The notes: a model not told the origin generated them from the sequence alone. Numbered from the stretch's first letter, positions 9,279 to 18,818 are shown. The stretch is 61,172 nt of DNA from Acidobacteriaceae bacterium (GCA_036267335.1 DATAWF010000175.1:1-61172); one strand, 5' to 3'. Made by a program: numbers and translations.

Positions 9279-10301
9279 CTATGTCTGGATATTGACGAGG
9301 TCCGCCGGCTGCTTCGCTCCGGAGGCTGGCTTTTGCGGTGACCGCCAGTGATCGATGTAGGAGATCTGGTGGACGCAGGAGACGGTGCAGTTCGGGGCAC
9401 AGCTCTTTTCCGCCCGATACTCGCGATCGAGATCCGCCTGGGTGTATTCGGCCAGGGGAGTTCCGGGCCATCCCCGCTGCTGGGAACAGTAGTGCACCAG
9501 ACCGTCCTCGCAGATGTAGAGATAACGGGCTCCGGCGCGGCACCGCCAGTCATTCGGACGCCCGTCAGCGATCGCTTCTTGAAATTGATTGAAGCGGGAA
9601 TAGTTCCGCTTCTTCATCCCCGACATCTCGTAATAGACGCGGCGCTCCTCTTCGCCCAGCGGTTTGAGTTGGCCGCTGCCATCGTGGATGATGCCGATGG
9701 TGGAGGTAAATCCGAGTTCGAGCGCGCGCTTTCCGATGACCAGAGCGTCCTGCGGGGTCTTGATCCCTCCCCCCACAACGGAGTTGATGTTCACGTGAAA
9801 CTCCGCACGCTCGGCGAGAAATTCCAGCTTCTTGTCCAGAACCTTCAGGCTCTTCTTGGAGACCTCGTCGGGATTCACGTTGTCGATCGAGATCTGCATA
9901 TGATCGAGACCCGCGCGATTCAACCGCTCGATCCGCTCCGGGGTCAGCAGATAGCCGTTGGTGATCATGCCCGCGACCCGCCCATGATGGCGGATTCGGG
10001 CGAGAACGCCATCGAGCTCCGGATGGGTAAGAGGCTCGCCCCCCGAGATGGTGATGATGCTGGTGCCCAGCCGCGCCAGATGGTCAACCCGCGTGCGCAT
10101 CTCCGCCAGCGGCACGGGATCGGAGACCTTGTCGTATTCGTTGCAGTAGGTGCACGAGAGATTGCAGAAACGCATGGGAACGATCTGCGCCATCACCACG
10201 TGCCGGGTAGAGGCCAGCGCATGTCCGACGACAGCGAGTTCGCGCAGTTTGCGTGTGGCTGCTTTCGTGCGGCCGCTCCAGCTATGCTTTCGCGAGGGCA
10301 T
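9279..10301 (-). CDS. Radical SAM enzyme with a Cys-rich (SPASM-like) C-terminal region
   Basis: CNLSCTYC (CxxxCxxC) lies near the N-terminus with GGEPL downstream. The C-terminal Cys cluster reads CRAGARYLYIC..C....C..C..C. Confidence 0.85.
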   Translation of the reverse strand: MPSRKHSWSGRTKAATRKLRELAVVGHALASTRHVVMAQIVPMRFCNLSCTYCNEYDKVSDPVPLAEMRTRVDHLARLGTSIITISGGEPLTHPELDGVLARIRHHGRVAGMITNGYLLTPERIERLNRAGLDHMQISIDNVNPDEVSKKSLKVLDKKLEFLAERAEFHVNINSVVGGGIKTPQDALVIGKRALELGFTSTIGIIHDGSGQLKPLGEEERRVYYEMSGMKKRNYSRFNQFQEAIADGRPNDWRCRAGARYLYICEDGLVHYCSQQRGWPGTPLAEYTQADLDREYRAEKSCAPNCTVSCVHQISYIDHWRSPQKPASGAKQPADLVNIQT

Positions 10302-10370
10302 CCATTCTATTGAAACATAGCCGGAAGGGCGGCGGCGAATCGAAGGCCGGTTGGTGACCTGCGAGCTACC

Positions 10371-10491
10371 GCAGATGTCCTGTAGGTGTGTCTAGGTGTG
10401 TCCCAAAACAACTGCAGCAAACGCGGCTTTTTACCAACAAAAGCCGCACTTCGTGGATCTTGGAGCCTCATAGCAACAGGAAATCTGCCTT
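10371..10491. mobile_element. MITE-like element, repeat family 2
   Basis: Near-perfect (12/13) terminal inverted repeats GCAGATgTCCTGT ... ACAGGAAATCTGC, plus an internal hairpin GCGGCTTTT-n7-AAAAGCCGC. Its right end abuts the stop codon of the PDZ gene. Confidence 0.75.
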
Positions 10492-11377
10492 AACCCTTTT
10501 TTTTGGGGTGGCCGGCGGTCATCGTCAAGAGCTGCTGCTGCTTGTTCCGGACAATGGTCAGTTGAACCCATTGGCCGCGGCTGTTGTGAATCACTTTTTG
10601 CCAGTCGTTGCGGCTCACCATCGGGTGATCGTTGACCTTTAAAACAATGTCGCCGGCGCGCAGTCCGGCACGTGCCGCGGGACTTCCGTTGTCCACGCTT
10701 TCTACCAGCAGTCCTATGCCGTTGGTTACGCCAAAGTATTCCGCCAGTTGCGAGTGCACAGGGCTGAGATCGACGCCCACATAAAGAGAGCTCGGCATCA
10801 GCGCGCCGAGAAAACTCGAGCTGCCGCGGGAGGGCTCGGGTACAAAAGAAGCAGCGTCTCCATTGGAAAGGTCGGGAGAGTTTTCAACGCTGTAGTGCTG
10901 CGACCACGCCTGCTGTTGCAGCGCTTCGCGGTTCGCGAGCTCGACGGTGATATTGAGCGTCGAGCCGTCGCGGTTGATGGTGAAGGCAACGTTGCGGCCG
11001 GCCGGCTGCTTGTGTAGCAGACGGTGGAGCTGGTCGCGATTTTCGACCGTGTGCCCGTTCATCGCCACGATCACGTCGTGGGTTTTCAGTCCCGCCTTGG
11101 CGGCCGGAGCGTCGTGATCCACAACCAGGATCTCGACGCCGTGGCCGTTTTTCAGATTGAGGGTCTTGGCGCGGGCCGGATCGACATTCTGCAGATCCAC
11201 CCCAAGATAGCCCTGAGAACCGCGCAGCAGAAAATCCGGAGAGAGCGCCCGCAGCAGGCCGGGCGCCCCGCCGGCAGCTAGCGCAACTTGCGCTCCCAGG
11301 ACAAAGACAAAAATGGCAGCTAAAGAGCCTGGCAGAGAATATTTCAGTGAAGACTTTTGAATCGTCAGATACCGCAT
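10490..11377 (-). CDS. Secreted tandem-PDZ-domain protein
   Basis: Signal peptide MRYLTIQKSS...VLGAQVALA. Two PDZ-like units (GYLGVDLQNV...GLKTHDVIVAMNG and LYVGVDLSPV...GLRAGDIVLKVND). The alternative start at 11431 is less likely. Confidence 0.8.
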   Translation of the reverse strand: MRYLTIQKSSLKYSLPGSLAAIFVFVLGAQVALAAGGAPGLLRALSPDFLLRGSQGYLGVDLQNVDPARAKTLNLKNGHGVEILVVDHDAPAAKAGLKTHDVIVAMNGHTVENRDQLHRLLHKQPAGRNVAFTINRDGSTLNITVELANREALQQQAWSQHYSVENSPDLSNGDAASFVPEPSRGSSSFLGALMPSSLYVGVDLSPVHSQLAEYFGVTNGIGLLVESVDNGSPAARAGLRAGDIVLKVNDHPMVSRNDWQKVIHNSRGQWVQLTIVRNKQQQLLTMTAGHPKKKG

Positions 11378-11508
11378 TGTAGGCACTCCGCTCGAACTGG
11401 TCTCATGAACCCGTTCTGCCTGGTGAGACACCGTGTGAGACCCGCCACCGAAGCGGGGCTCATGCAGCTTCCCGAAGCCACCGAACTATTTATGAGACCG
11501 GTTCTAAA

Positions 11509-11617
11509 GCATTTTCGCTTTAGGCGTATACCGAAAAGCTGCTCTCGACGCGGCCGTTCCATCGAAGAATGGCCGCTCTTGCCCGATCTCACCCGTTCAC
11601 CGTAAGAGCGAAAATGC
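11509..11617. mobile_element. MITE-like element, family 1 variant
   Basis: TIRs are GCATTTTCGCT ... AGCGAAAATGC. The central hairpin GCCGTTCCATCGAAGAATGGC is the same core as the other family 1 copies. Confidence 0.65.
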
Positions 11618-11667
11618 GTTCACCGTCGGCAAAACGCGCTCTTACAGAGTGTGAAGCCACTTGAACG

Positions 11668-12636
11668 CTACTGGATTTCTGGCAATTGATCCAGCACTTC
11701 GCGAGAAACGGTACGAATGTGAGGATTGGCGTCCTCTGAAGCCACCGTGTGAAGCACTTCTTGCACGCTGCTATCGTCCTGCACCGGCTGCAATAGCTCG
11801 ATGGCCCGGGAACGGACGTCTGCATCCGGGTCGCGCATTAGAGCCTCCAGGATGGAATCGCGCACATGCATGTCTTCGGCGACATAAGGTTGCAGGCCGT
11901 TCAGCGCTTTGAGACGTACCTCGGGACTTTTGTCGTAGCGCAATGCAACCAGCAAAGCCTTCCGGACCGGCCCGTCAGGGCAGGCATGGCCGGCGCGGCA
12001 CTCCTCTGCCAGCAGGCTGACGGAGTTTTGCTGCACGTCCGGGTCGACTCCGTTCTGCGCCCCCACAAGCAGGAGCTGCCGGATTTGAGGATCGTCGAGC
12101 GAGCCGCGGATCGACTCCGGCGTCAGGCGGTTGTACTCAACCTGGACATTTTCCGAGTTGGGATCACGCACGATGCTCATCACGTTGGCGACTTCGATCG
12201 GAGAGTTGTCCGGAGCCGCGCCAGAGGCAGACCCTATCTGTGCGGTCTGCGGAGCTCGCTGCGCCGTCCAGTAGCCGGCCGAGCCGCCGGCAGCCAAGCC
12301 GAGGGCCAACAACGCCGAAGCGGCGAGCGGCGCCCGGGTGAGCGTGGCCAGACCTGCCCGGGCCGATTGCGCCACCCGTACCAGCCACTTGCTTTGGGGT
12401 AGATTGTCGAGGGCATCATCCAAGCCCATGCGGGCCTTTGTGAGCAAACTCACGGATGGCTCCGCCTGCCGCGTGCGGGACAAGGCCTGCTCCAGCGCCC
12501 GGACGGACTCGAGCTCCTCCCGGCAGGCCGCACAGCCTGCCAGATGCTGCTCGAGTGCGGGCCCCTCATCGTCCGGAAGCTCGCCGTAGACCAGCAATGC
12601 TATTTTTTGTTGTGCTGATTCGCACCTCATTTGCAA
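11668..12636 (-). CDS. Anti-sigma factor (zf-HC2-type N-terminus, one TM helix, HEAT/ARM-like C-terminal repeats)
   Basis: HLAGCAACREELE zinc-finger motif and TM segment AASALLALGLAAGGSAGYW. It lies immediately downstream of the ECF sigma gene. Confidence 0.8.
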   Translation of the reverse strand: MQMRCESAQQKIALLVYGELPDDEGPALEQHLAGCAACREELESVRALEQALSRTRQAEPSVSLLTKARMGLDDALDNLPQSKWLVRVAQSARAGLATLTRAPLAASALLALGLAAGGSAGYWTAQRAPQTAQIGSASGAAPDNSPIEVANVMSIVRDPNSENVQVEYNRLTPESIRGSLDDPQIRQLLLVGAQNGVDPDVQQNSVSLLAEECRAGHACPDGPVRKALLVALRYDKSPEVRLKALNGLQPYVAEDMHVRDSILEALMRDPDADVRSRAIELLQPVQDDSSVQEVLHTVASEDANPHIRTVSREVLDQLPEIQ

Positions 12637-12643
12637 CCTCGCC

Positions 12644-13342
12644 TCACCGTAATGCCGCCAGACTTGCTCTTAGTTTTTTTGTCGCGCGGAAGAGTGTGTT
12701 CTTGGCGGTCTCTTCCGTGGTGTTCAACATTTCCCCAATAGTTCTTAGACGCAGGCCCTGGTAATGCTTCAGTTCGAAAACCATCCGCTCGCGCGGCGTC
12801 AGCTTTTCGAGCGCGCGCTGAATCCGCTCTCCGAGTACCTTGCGCTCCAACTCCCGCTCCGGATTGGCCATCGACCGGTCGTCGGAAAGATTGTTGAGCA
12901 AATCCATTTCTTCGCCGCTCGAGTCGAGCACGATCGCCTGCTCCTCGCGCCGGGATTTGCGCCTCCGCAGGTGGTCCAGGCACAGATTGGTCACGATGCG
13001 GTAGATCCAGGTATAGAAGGAGCACTCGAAGCGGAAGTTAGGAAGGTAGCGGTAGGCCTTGAGAAAGGCCTCCTGGTGAATATCCTGAGCGTCCTGTTCG
13101 GAGCCGGTCAGGTGCAGCGCCAGCCGGATCACCGCGTGATCGTACTGCCGCACCAGCGCGTCGAAGGCGCTGCGCGAGCCTTTTTGCGCTTCCCGAATCA
13201 GCTCCGTTTCGGTAGCGCGGGTCCACGCTTCACTCACCATGCCTGCTGTGGATTGTATCGTCCGCCGCGTCGTGCGCGCGGAACCCGCCGCCGCGGATGC
13301 GGCCATGGATGGATCACTCAGGCGAAGTACCTCAGCCGGCAT
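12644..13342 (-). CDS. ECF-type RNA polymerase sigma-70 family factor
   Basis: Region 2 (DAQDIHQEAFLKAYRYLPNF..FYTWIYRIVTNLCLDHLRRR) and region 4 (RERMVFELKHYQGLRLRTIGEMLNTTEETAKNTLFRA). The true start may be the internal M (MVSEAW). Confidence 0.9.
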   Translation of the reverse strand: MPAEVLRLSDPSMAASAAAGSARTTRRTIQSTAGMVSEAWTRATETELIREAQKGSRSAFDALVRQYDHAVIRLALHLTGSEQDAQDIHQEAFLKAYRYLPNFRFECSFYTWIYRIVTNLCLDHLRRRKSRREEQAIVLDSSGEEMDLLNNLSDDRSMANPERELERKVLGERIQRALEKLTPRERMVFELKHYQGLRLRTIGEMLNTTEETAKNTLFRATKKLRASLAALR

Positions 13343-13570
13343 GCGGCTCTCCTGGAGGAGGATAAGCTACGGCATTGGTAGGACGAAGCGGTCTGCCATT
13401 GGGAAGCAGACGCTGGGAGAAATTCCAGCCGGCGGGTACCGTTGCGCCGGCATGGGTCGCCAGCAGGCCTTTCCGCCCCGTGGGGAGAAGCGGCCAACCC
13501 GGCGGTTGGCCAAAAATTCCGCCCGCCGGCCCATCCATGCCCATGCCGAGCAACGGAAAGAATGCCTATG

Positions 13571-13682
13571 GCAGATTTCCTGTAGGTGTGTCCCGAAACA
13601 ACCGCGGCAAACGCGGCTTTTTATTAAGAAAAGCCGCACCTCGCGGATCTTGGCGACTCATCGCAACAGGAAATCTGCCTTA
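13571..13682. mobile_element. MITE-like element, repeat family 2 (best-preserved copy)
   Basis: Perfect 13-bp TIRs GCAGATTTCCTGT ... ACAGGAAATCTGC and hairpin GCGGCTTTTtattaagAAAAGCCGC. It sits in the divergent promoter region between the sigma and RNase H genes. Confidence 0.8.
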
Positions 13683-13692
13683 GACTTACTCC

Positions 13693-14457
13693 ATGTCTTT
13701 TGCGCAAAAACCACAGGAGCCACGCCTCTTTCCCTCATCGGCGGCAGATTGGACTACCGCCTATTGCGACGGCGGCTCCCGGGGCAATCCCGGACCGGCC
13801 GGATTTGGCGTCCACATCGAGGGTTCGGGCGGGAAAGTTCTGGCCGAGCTCAGCGAATACCTGGGGGTCAAGACCAACAACTTTGCCGAGTATTCCGGGC
13901 TGATAGCCGCGCTCCGATGCGCCGTCGAAAAAGGCTATTCCCGCTTGCGCATCATCTCGGATTCGGAGTTGATGGTAAAGCAAATGAAAGGGCAATACCG
14001 GGTGAAGAGCCCGGATCTGCTGCCGCTCTACGAGCAGGCGAAGAGCCTGGCGCGCCGTCTGGACAGCTTTGAGATCAGCCACGTGCTCCGCGGAAAGAAC
14101 CGCGACGCGGACCGGCTGGCGAACGAAGCGATGGACCGCGGAATGGGTCGCAAATCGGAGCGTACATCGGAGCGCGCGTCGGAATCTGGATCGGACCGAG
14201 GTCCGGATTCAAATGACCAGAGCCGGCAAGGGGAAGCGAGACCGGTATCCGGGTCCGCAAAGACGCCCGAAGTTCGGCGCGAAGAACGTCCCACTGCCGG
14301 GGCGAAACCCATCACCCTGCAATCGAACACTCAACCGGCAGGAGCCGGTGAAACCAAGCCCGGGACAATGCTGCGGGGATTCACGCGCGGGGGAGTCATC
14401 CACTTGCTCGGCTCCGAACTGCCCGACGGCGTCTTCGTGAAGGTGATTCCGGAGTGA
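13693..14457 (+). CDS. RNase H (type 1) domain protein with a low-complexity linker and a small C-terminal domain
   Basis: AYCDGGSRGNPGPAGFGV...NNFAEYSGLIAAL...SDSELMVKQMKGQYRV...NRDADRLANEAMD. An S/E/R-rich linker follows, then MLRGFTRGGVIHLLGSELPDGVFVKVIPE. Confidence 0.85.
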   Translation: MSFAQKPQEPRLFPSSAADWTTAYCDGGSRGNPGPAGFGVHIEGSGGKVLAELSEYLGVKTNNFAEYSGLIAALRCAVEKGYSRLRIISDSELMVKQMKGQYRVKSPDLLPLYEQAKSLARRLDSFEISHVLRGKNRDADRLANEAMDRGMGRKSERTSERASESGSDRGPDSNDQSRQGEARPVSGSAKTPEVRREERPTAGAKPITLQSNTQPAGAGETKPGTMLRGFTRGGVIHLLGSELPDGVFVKVIPE

Positions 14458-14591
14458 GTCTGGCCGCCCCCGTGTCCCCAACCCCAGGGCTCTATTCGAT
14501 CACGTGGAAGGTCGGAGACCACAAAGGCGGGTTGCGAAACCCAAGATCGGTTCAAGGATCGGTTCGAGCGGCTCGTACCCGCCGGCTCGCT

Positions 14592-15038
14592 CTAGAAGCT
14601 CCGGTCCTGCGGCAATAGAGAGCGCAGCAGGAAAATCAGCCCGTAGATCGCAAGGCCGAGAACTAGGATGATCGGCAAGAAAACGATCGGCCGTACCACG
14701 ACCGTTCCCCGGCTGATGGAAGCTGCGGGATCGCGAAAAAGATGTCCGCCGAAGACGATCAGGGTGCCGGAAACCTGGGCATTTCCGGTCATGGTCACGT
14801 TACCCCCGACATCGACAACATCCCGATGCACGGGTCCGTTCAAATAGACATTCCCGGCAAAGACGATGAGGTTGCTGCGGGCCGCCCCGTCGAGCCGCAC
14901 GGAGCAAAGAAAGCACACGGCGCTCCGGATTTCCTGCTCCGGGGCGACCGCAATATCCTGGCCTAAATGGATAGCGCTCCTGACACGCGCAGCAGGAGCT
15001 GCGACCAGCAGCAGAGCGACAAGTGCCGTCCGCAGCAT
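14592..15038 (-). CDS. Hypothetical membrane-anchored protein (signal peptide, beta-rich repeat core, C-terminal TM helix)
   Basis: 148 aa. TAATG overlap with the upstream dehydratase gene. The core NLIVFAGNVYLNGPVHRDVVDVGGNVTMTGNAQVSGTLIVFGG resembles polymer-forming/bactofilin-like repeats, but only weakly. Confidence 0.55.
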   Translation of the reverse strand: MLRTALVALLLVAAPAARVRSAIHLGQDIAVAPEQEIRSAVCFLCSVRLDGAARSNLIVFAGNVYLNGPVHRDVVDVGGNVTMTGNAQVSGTLIVFGGHLFRDPAASISRGTVVVRPIVFLPIILVLGLAIYGLIFLLRSLLPQDRSF

Positions 15039-16339
15039 TAAGCCTTTCTCCAGACGGGCCCATCCGGATAGCTGTAATCGCGCAGGACCTCCGGATAAAT
15101 TTCCGCGCTGTAGCCCGGCTGGCTGGGCAGCAGATACCGGCCGTTGCGAACATGAACCGGGTCGACGAAGTGCTCATGCAGGTGATCCACAAATTCCGTC
15201 ACGCGGTCGTCAAGCGTAGCGGAAACGCGCAGGTAGTCGAAAGCGGAAAGATGCTGCACATATTCGCACAGTCCCACTCCGCCTGCGTGCGGGCAGACGG
15301 GGATTCCGAACTTCGCGGCCATTAGGATCACGGCCAAGTTCTCGTTGACTCCGGCCAGCCGGCAGCTATCGATCTGACAAACGTCAATGGCTCCGGCTTG
15401 CATCAACTGCTTGAACATCACGCGATTCTGGCAATGCTCTCCCGTGGCGATGCGTACGTCAGGAACCTCGCGGCGGATGCGTGCGTGCCCCAAAATATCG
15501 TCGGGGCTCGTCGGTTCTTCCATCCACCACAGGTTGACCTCGGAGAGCTGGCGAGTGCGGACGATGGCTTCCTCCACGTCCCACCGCTGGTTGGCGTCGG
15601 TCATCAATTTAGCATTGGGGCCGATCCGGTCGCGGATGAGATGCGCCCGCCGCAGATCGTCGGCCGGGTCCCCTCCAACCTTCAGCTTGAAATGCGTCCA
15701 CCCCTCGGCGATCGCCTCATCGCAGAGTCGACAAATCTTTTCGTCATTGAATCCGAACCATCCGGCGGAGGTGGTGTAAGCCGGGTAGCCGCGCTCCTTC
15801 AGCTCGGCCAGCCGCCCTTCCATGCCGCCTTTGCGCTCGCGCAGCAGCGTTAGGGCTTCGTCTCGCGTCAGCGCGTCGGTGATATAGCGGAAGTCAATGG
15901 CCGAGACGATCTGCTCCGGCTCCATGTCGGCGAGCAGCTTCCACAGCGGCTTGCCCTCGACCCGGGCATAGAGATCCCAGACTCCATTGAGCAGCGCCGC
16001 CGTAGCAAGATGAATCACGCCCTTTTCCGGTCCCAGCCAGCGAAACTGGCTGTCGCCGGTGAGCTCGCGGTAGAAGGCGCCAAAATCGCCGGTGATCGAG
16101 CCCAGGGTGCGGCCGGTAACAAAATGGGAGAGATAGCGGAGCGCTTCGACGCAGAGTTCGGTGCCCCGTCCGAGGGTGAAGGTAAGTCCATAGCCCGAGG
16201 GGCCGTGGTTGGTCTCAAGGACGCAATAGGCAGCCGAGTAATCCGGATCCTTGTGCACGGCATCGGAGCCGATCTGTTCCCGCGAGGTGGGGAAACGAAG
16301 ATCGATAACGCGCACGTTGGTGATCGTAAGGTCGCTCAC
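15038..16339 (-). CDS. Enolase-superfamily dehydratase, L-fuconate dehydratase-like
   Basis: DLRFPTSREQIGSDAVHKDPDYSAAYCVLET.. and a mandelate racemase-like C-domain (MTDANQRWDV..WMEEP). I moved the start to an in-frame GTG (aa 62 of the ORF). The upstream ORF portion is not protein-like. The start is approximate. Confidence 0.8.
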   Translation of the reverse strand: MSDLTITNVRVIDLRFPTSREQIGSDAVHKDPDYSAAYCVLETNHGPSGYGLTFTLGRGTELCVEALRYLSHFVTGRTLGSITGDFGAFYRELTGDSQFRWLGPEKGVIHLATAALLNGVWDLYARVEGKPLWKLLADMEPEQIVSAIDFRYITDALTRDEALTLLRERKGGMEGRLAELKERGYPAYTTSAGWFGFNDEKICRLCDEAIAEGWTHFKLKVGGDPADDLRRAHLIRDRIGPNAKLMTDANQRWDVEEAIVRTRQLSEVNLWWMEEPTSPDDILGHARIRREVPDVRIATGEHCQNRVMFKQLMQAGAIDVCQIDSCRLAGVNENLAVILMAAKFGIPVCPHAGGVGLCEYVQHLSAFDYLRVSATLDDRVTEFVDHLHEHFVDPVHVRNGRYLLPSQPGYSAEIYPEVLRDYSYPDGPVWRKA

Positions 16340-17015
16340 AGCGATGGTCTTCTCCCTCGAGAGCTCGTCTTCGCGCGCCCTCGTTCTTCTGCCGGTATTG
16401 GGTATAGCACTTTCACTTTCGATGGATCCAGAGAACTCGCTCGACCGGCCCTTTCGCCCGAAATCTCCTGCGTCTCCGCTCCATGGCCGCACGAGCGGAT
16501 CGGGGCGGCCACCGGCACACAAGAAAAGTGAAAATGATATTGCAGTATAACCAGCGCATGCCGCAGGCGTCCCTGCCGGCTCGCTGTTGTCATTCCGGAA
16601 GAGCCACGCCGCCTCGTTCGCTCGCGAGCTAAGCCGCTTCCGCCGTTCGCATCGACAACGGGCAGTGGGTTTGTGGGGCGAGGCGGAGGTGAATTTCGGG
16701 CTGCTTCTTCGAGAGAAAGATCGGGGTCATCACTTTTCCGGGGCCGAAAAGGCCAAGGAGCACCGCTCAGACTAGCACCGGATCTTTTGGACGTAAAAAC
16801 GCAAGGGAGAACGATGCAACGGCCGGGCGGCCTATTCAAGCCCTGCTGTTGGGCTTGAGTGGGGCCTTTGCTGTTGCTCCGCGGGGATAGTGGATCGCCT
16901 AAATTTTTGCAAGATCAGGGAACGGTGTGGGGAAGACGGCACAATTCCCTGATCTCGAAATGGATGACAAAGATCCAAGGCGGGTCAGAGGAACAGCCCG
17001 CCAAGAGGTGTTTGC

Positions 17016-17948
17016 TTAAACAGAGGTGATGTTTCCGTTGAGGCCGTTCGGGAAAAAGCCCCCCTTCGTAGTTCCCGTGGTGGCATTGGCATAAACGATT
17101 GCCAGCACCTGCGAGGTCGTTCGGGTATAAGCCAGCCCGGGCAGAGTATTGTTGACACCGCTCGCCCCGGCGGTTGCAAAGAATGCTCCCTTCGAGGTCG
17201 GCCCCGCCTTCGCTGCCGCAACAGAACCCGGATCGTACGGCGGGACATCGAGACCGTCGCTGGGGACAACCGACGCGGGCAGGTAAGGAATGTTCTGCTG
17301 GATGGCAATCAGACGAATGGCGCCGGAGTGGAAGCTCTCTACGGCCAGAATCTGCGCCGCATATTGCAGATTGGTTCCCGTCAAATCGCCGGCTGCACCG
17401 GCGTAAGCGGTGACGCCGACGTCCTCGAACAGACGGGCGAAAGTAATGTAGTTGGCGGAGCTCACCGTGCCCAGTGCGCCCAGATTCAACTGCGGACGGG
17501 CAACGGCAGAGCTCCCGAGCGCCGTGCGCAGATCGTTCACGTGGCTGATTTCGTCGTAATAGATCTCGGCAAAGAGATCGGCGATCTCCTGAGATTGAAA
17601 ACCTGGTTGGTTGGAGGGCGCGCCGGTTGGAGCAGGTCCGCCTCCGGTGGAAGAGCTGGGGATATCGCCGCCTGTGGCGACATAGCTGTAAAACGTTGCT
17701 TCCAAATATTCGAGGTTGAGAGCGAAGTTCAGCACATCGGTCTCGGAAGGACCCGCGGCTGAAACCCCCGTCATGGAACCGGTCTTCGAATTGCTGCCGC
17801 ATCCGCCCAGGATCGCTCCGCCCGCGATGGCGGCTCCCGTCAGGCCGAAGCCGGTCAAAAAGTTTCGCCGGTTCAAAGCCTGCTTGACCCGGATCCGGTT
17901 GAGCAACTGTTCCGCCGTGACGATCTCGGCGCTGTCCTTTTCAGGCAT
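17016..17948 (-). CDS. Tat-exported ferritin-like domain protein
   Basis: Twin-arginine signal NRRNFLTGFGLTGAAIAGGAILGGCG and LNFALNLEYLEATFYSY. I moved the start to the ATG (aa 70 of the ORF), which is preceded by AGGAGG. Confidence 0.75.
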   Translation of the reverse strand: MPEKDSAEIVTAEQLLNRIRVKQALNRRNFLTGFGLTGAAIAGGAILGGCGSNSKTGSMTGVSAAGPSETDVLNFALNLEYLEATFYSYVATGGDIPSSSTGGGPAPTGAPSNQPGFQSQEIADLFAEIYYDEISHVNDLRTALGSSAVARPQLNLGALGTVSSANYITFARLFEDVGVTAYAGAAGDLTGTNLQYAAQILAVESFHSGAIRLIAIQQNIPYLPASVVPSDGLDVPPYDPGSVAAAKAGPTSKGAFFATAGASGVNNTLPGLAYTRTTSQVLAIVYANATTGTTKGGFFPNGLNGNITSV

Positions 17949-18206
17949 GGGGAAAATACCTCCTGCCCGATCTACGCAATCGCCGGGGATTCGGATTGGA
18001 TCCGAAAGAAAAAACCCCGCAAGAGACGCTTTTCGGCTGGAAGGGGTTACAGGACACGATTGACCTGCATCCAATGAGCGATCAGGAAAATCTCCGGCTA
18101 ATCGAAGTGTGCGAGAGCCTTTCCGTAGCTCCTGCCTTCTTTTCGTCCTCCGCAATCCATTGACTGCCCTTTGCGCGTATCCAATTCGAAGCCGGAGTGA
18201 GGCATC

Positions 18207-18770
18207 ATGACTGCGCCGACGCAGCAGCCGCAGCCCGATTCGGCGCTTATTGAGCGGATTGTGGACGGAGACGAAAACGCGCTATCCACCCTCTATGACC
18301 GGTATTCGGGCATGCTTTTCGCCATGCTCGTGCGTATTCTGAAAGACACGCATGCGGCGGAAGAGGTATTGCAGGATCTCTTCCTGCAGCTTTGGCGAAA
18401 CGGCGCGCAGTTCGATGCGAGCCGCGGCTCAGTTGCGGCATGGCTTCTGGTGATCGGACGCAACCGGGCGATCTCCCGCCTGCGCAGCCGGAGCTATCGC
18501 GAGAGCGCCGCAAGCGCCGAAGGCTTTTCCGTGGATGCCATACCCTCCCCCGGCAACCTTGAAGATCAGGCTTCGCGCATGCAGTTGGCCGAGAGGGTGA
18601 GAGCTGCGATGGCCGCCCTGTCTCCGGAACAACGCGAGACCGTCGAGATGGCCTACTTTGAAGGGATGACCCAATCGGAAATTGCAGCCCGCACAGGAAG
18701 CCCGCTAGGAACAGTGAAGACCCGGGCGCGGACCGCACTACAGAATTTGAAACAGCATTTTGGCGGTTGA
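18207..18770 (+). CDS. ECF sigma factor (SigK-like)
   Basis: Region 2 (EEVLQDLFLQLWRN..AWLLVIGRNRAISRLR) and region 4 (QRETVEMAYFEGMTQSEIAARTGSPLGTVKTRAR). Confidence 0.9.
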   Translation: MTAPTQQPQPDSALIERIVDGDENALSTLYDRYSGMLFAMLVRILKDTHAAEEVLQDLFLQLWRNGAQFDASRGSVAAWLLVIGRNRAISRLRSRSYRESAASAEGFSVDAIPSPGNLEDQASRMQLAERVRAAMAALSPEQRETVEMAYFEGMTQSEIAARTGSPLGTVKTRARTALQNLKQHFGG

Positions 18771-18818
18771 CGAAACATTTTGACGAATGGACCGATGGAC
18801 TGATGGATCGATGAACTG

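Noticed and set aside
9348-10313. 321-aa + strand ORF
   Set aside because: It is antisense to the radical SAM gene, which has the CxxxCxxC motif.
16336-16839. 167-aa minus-strand ORF, and the N-terminal 61 codons of ORF 15038..16522
   Set aside because: Their composition (R/S/P/G) is not protein-like. Dehydratase homology starts only near aa 62.
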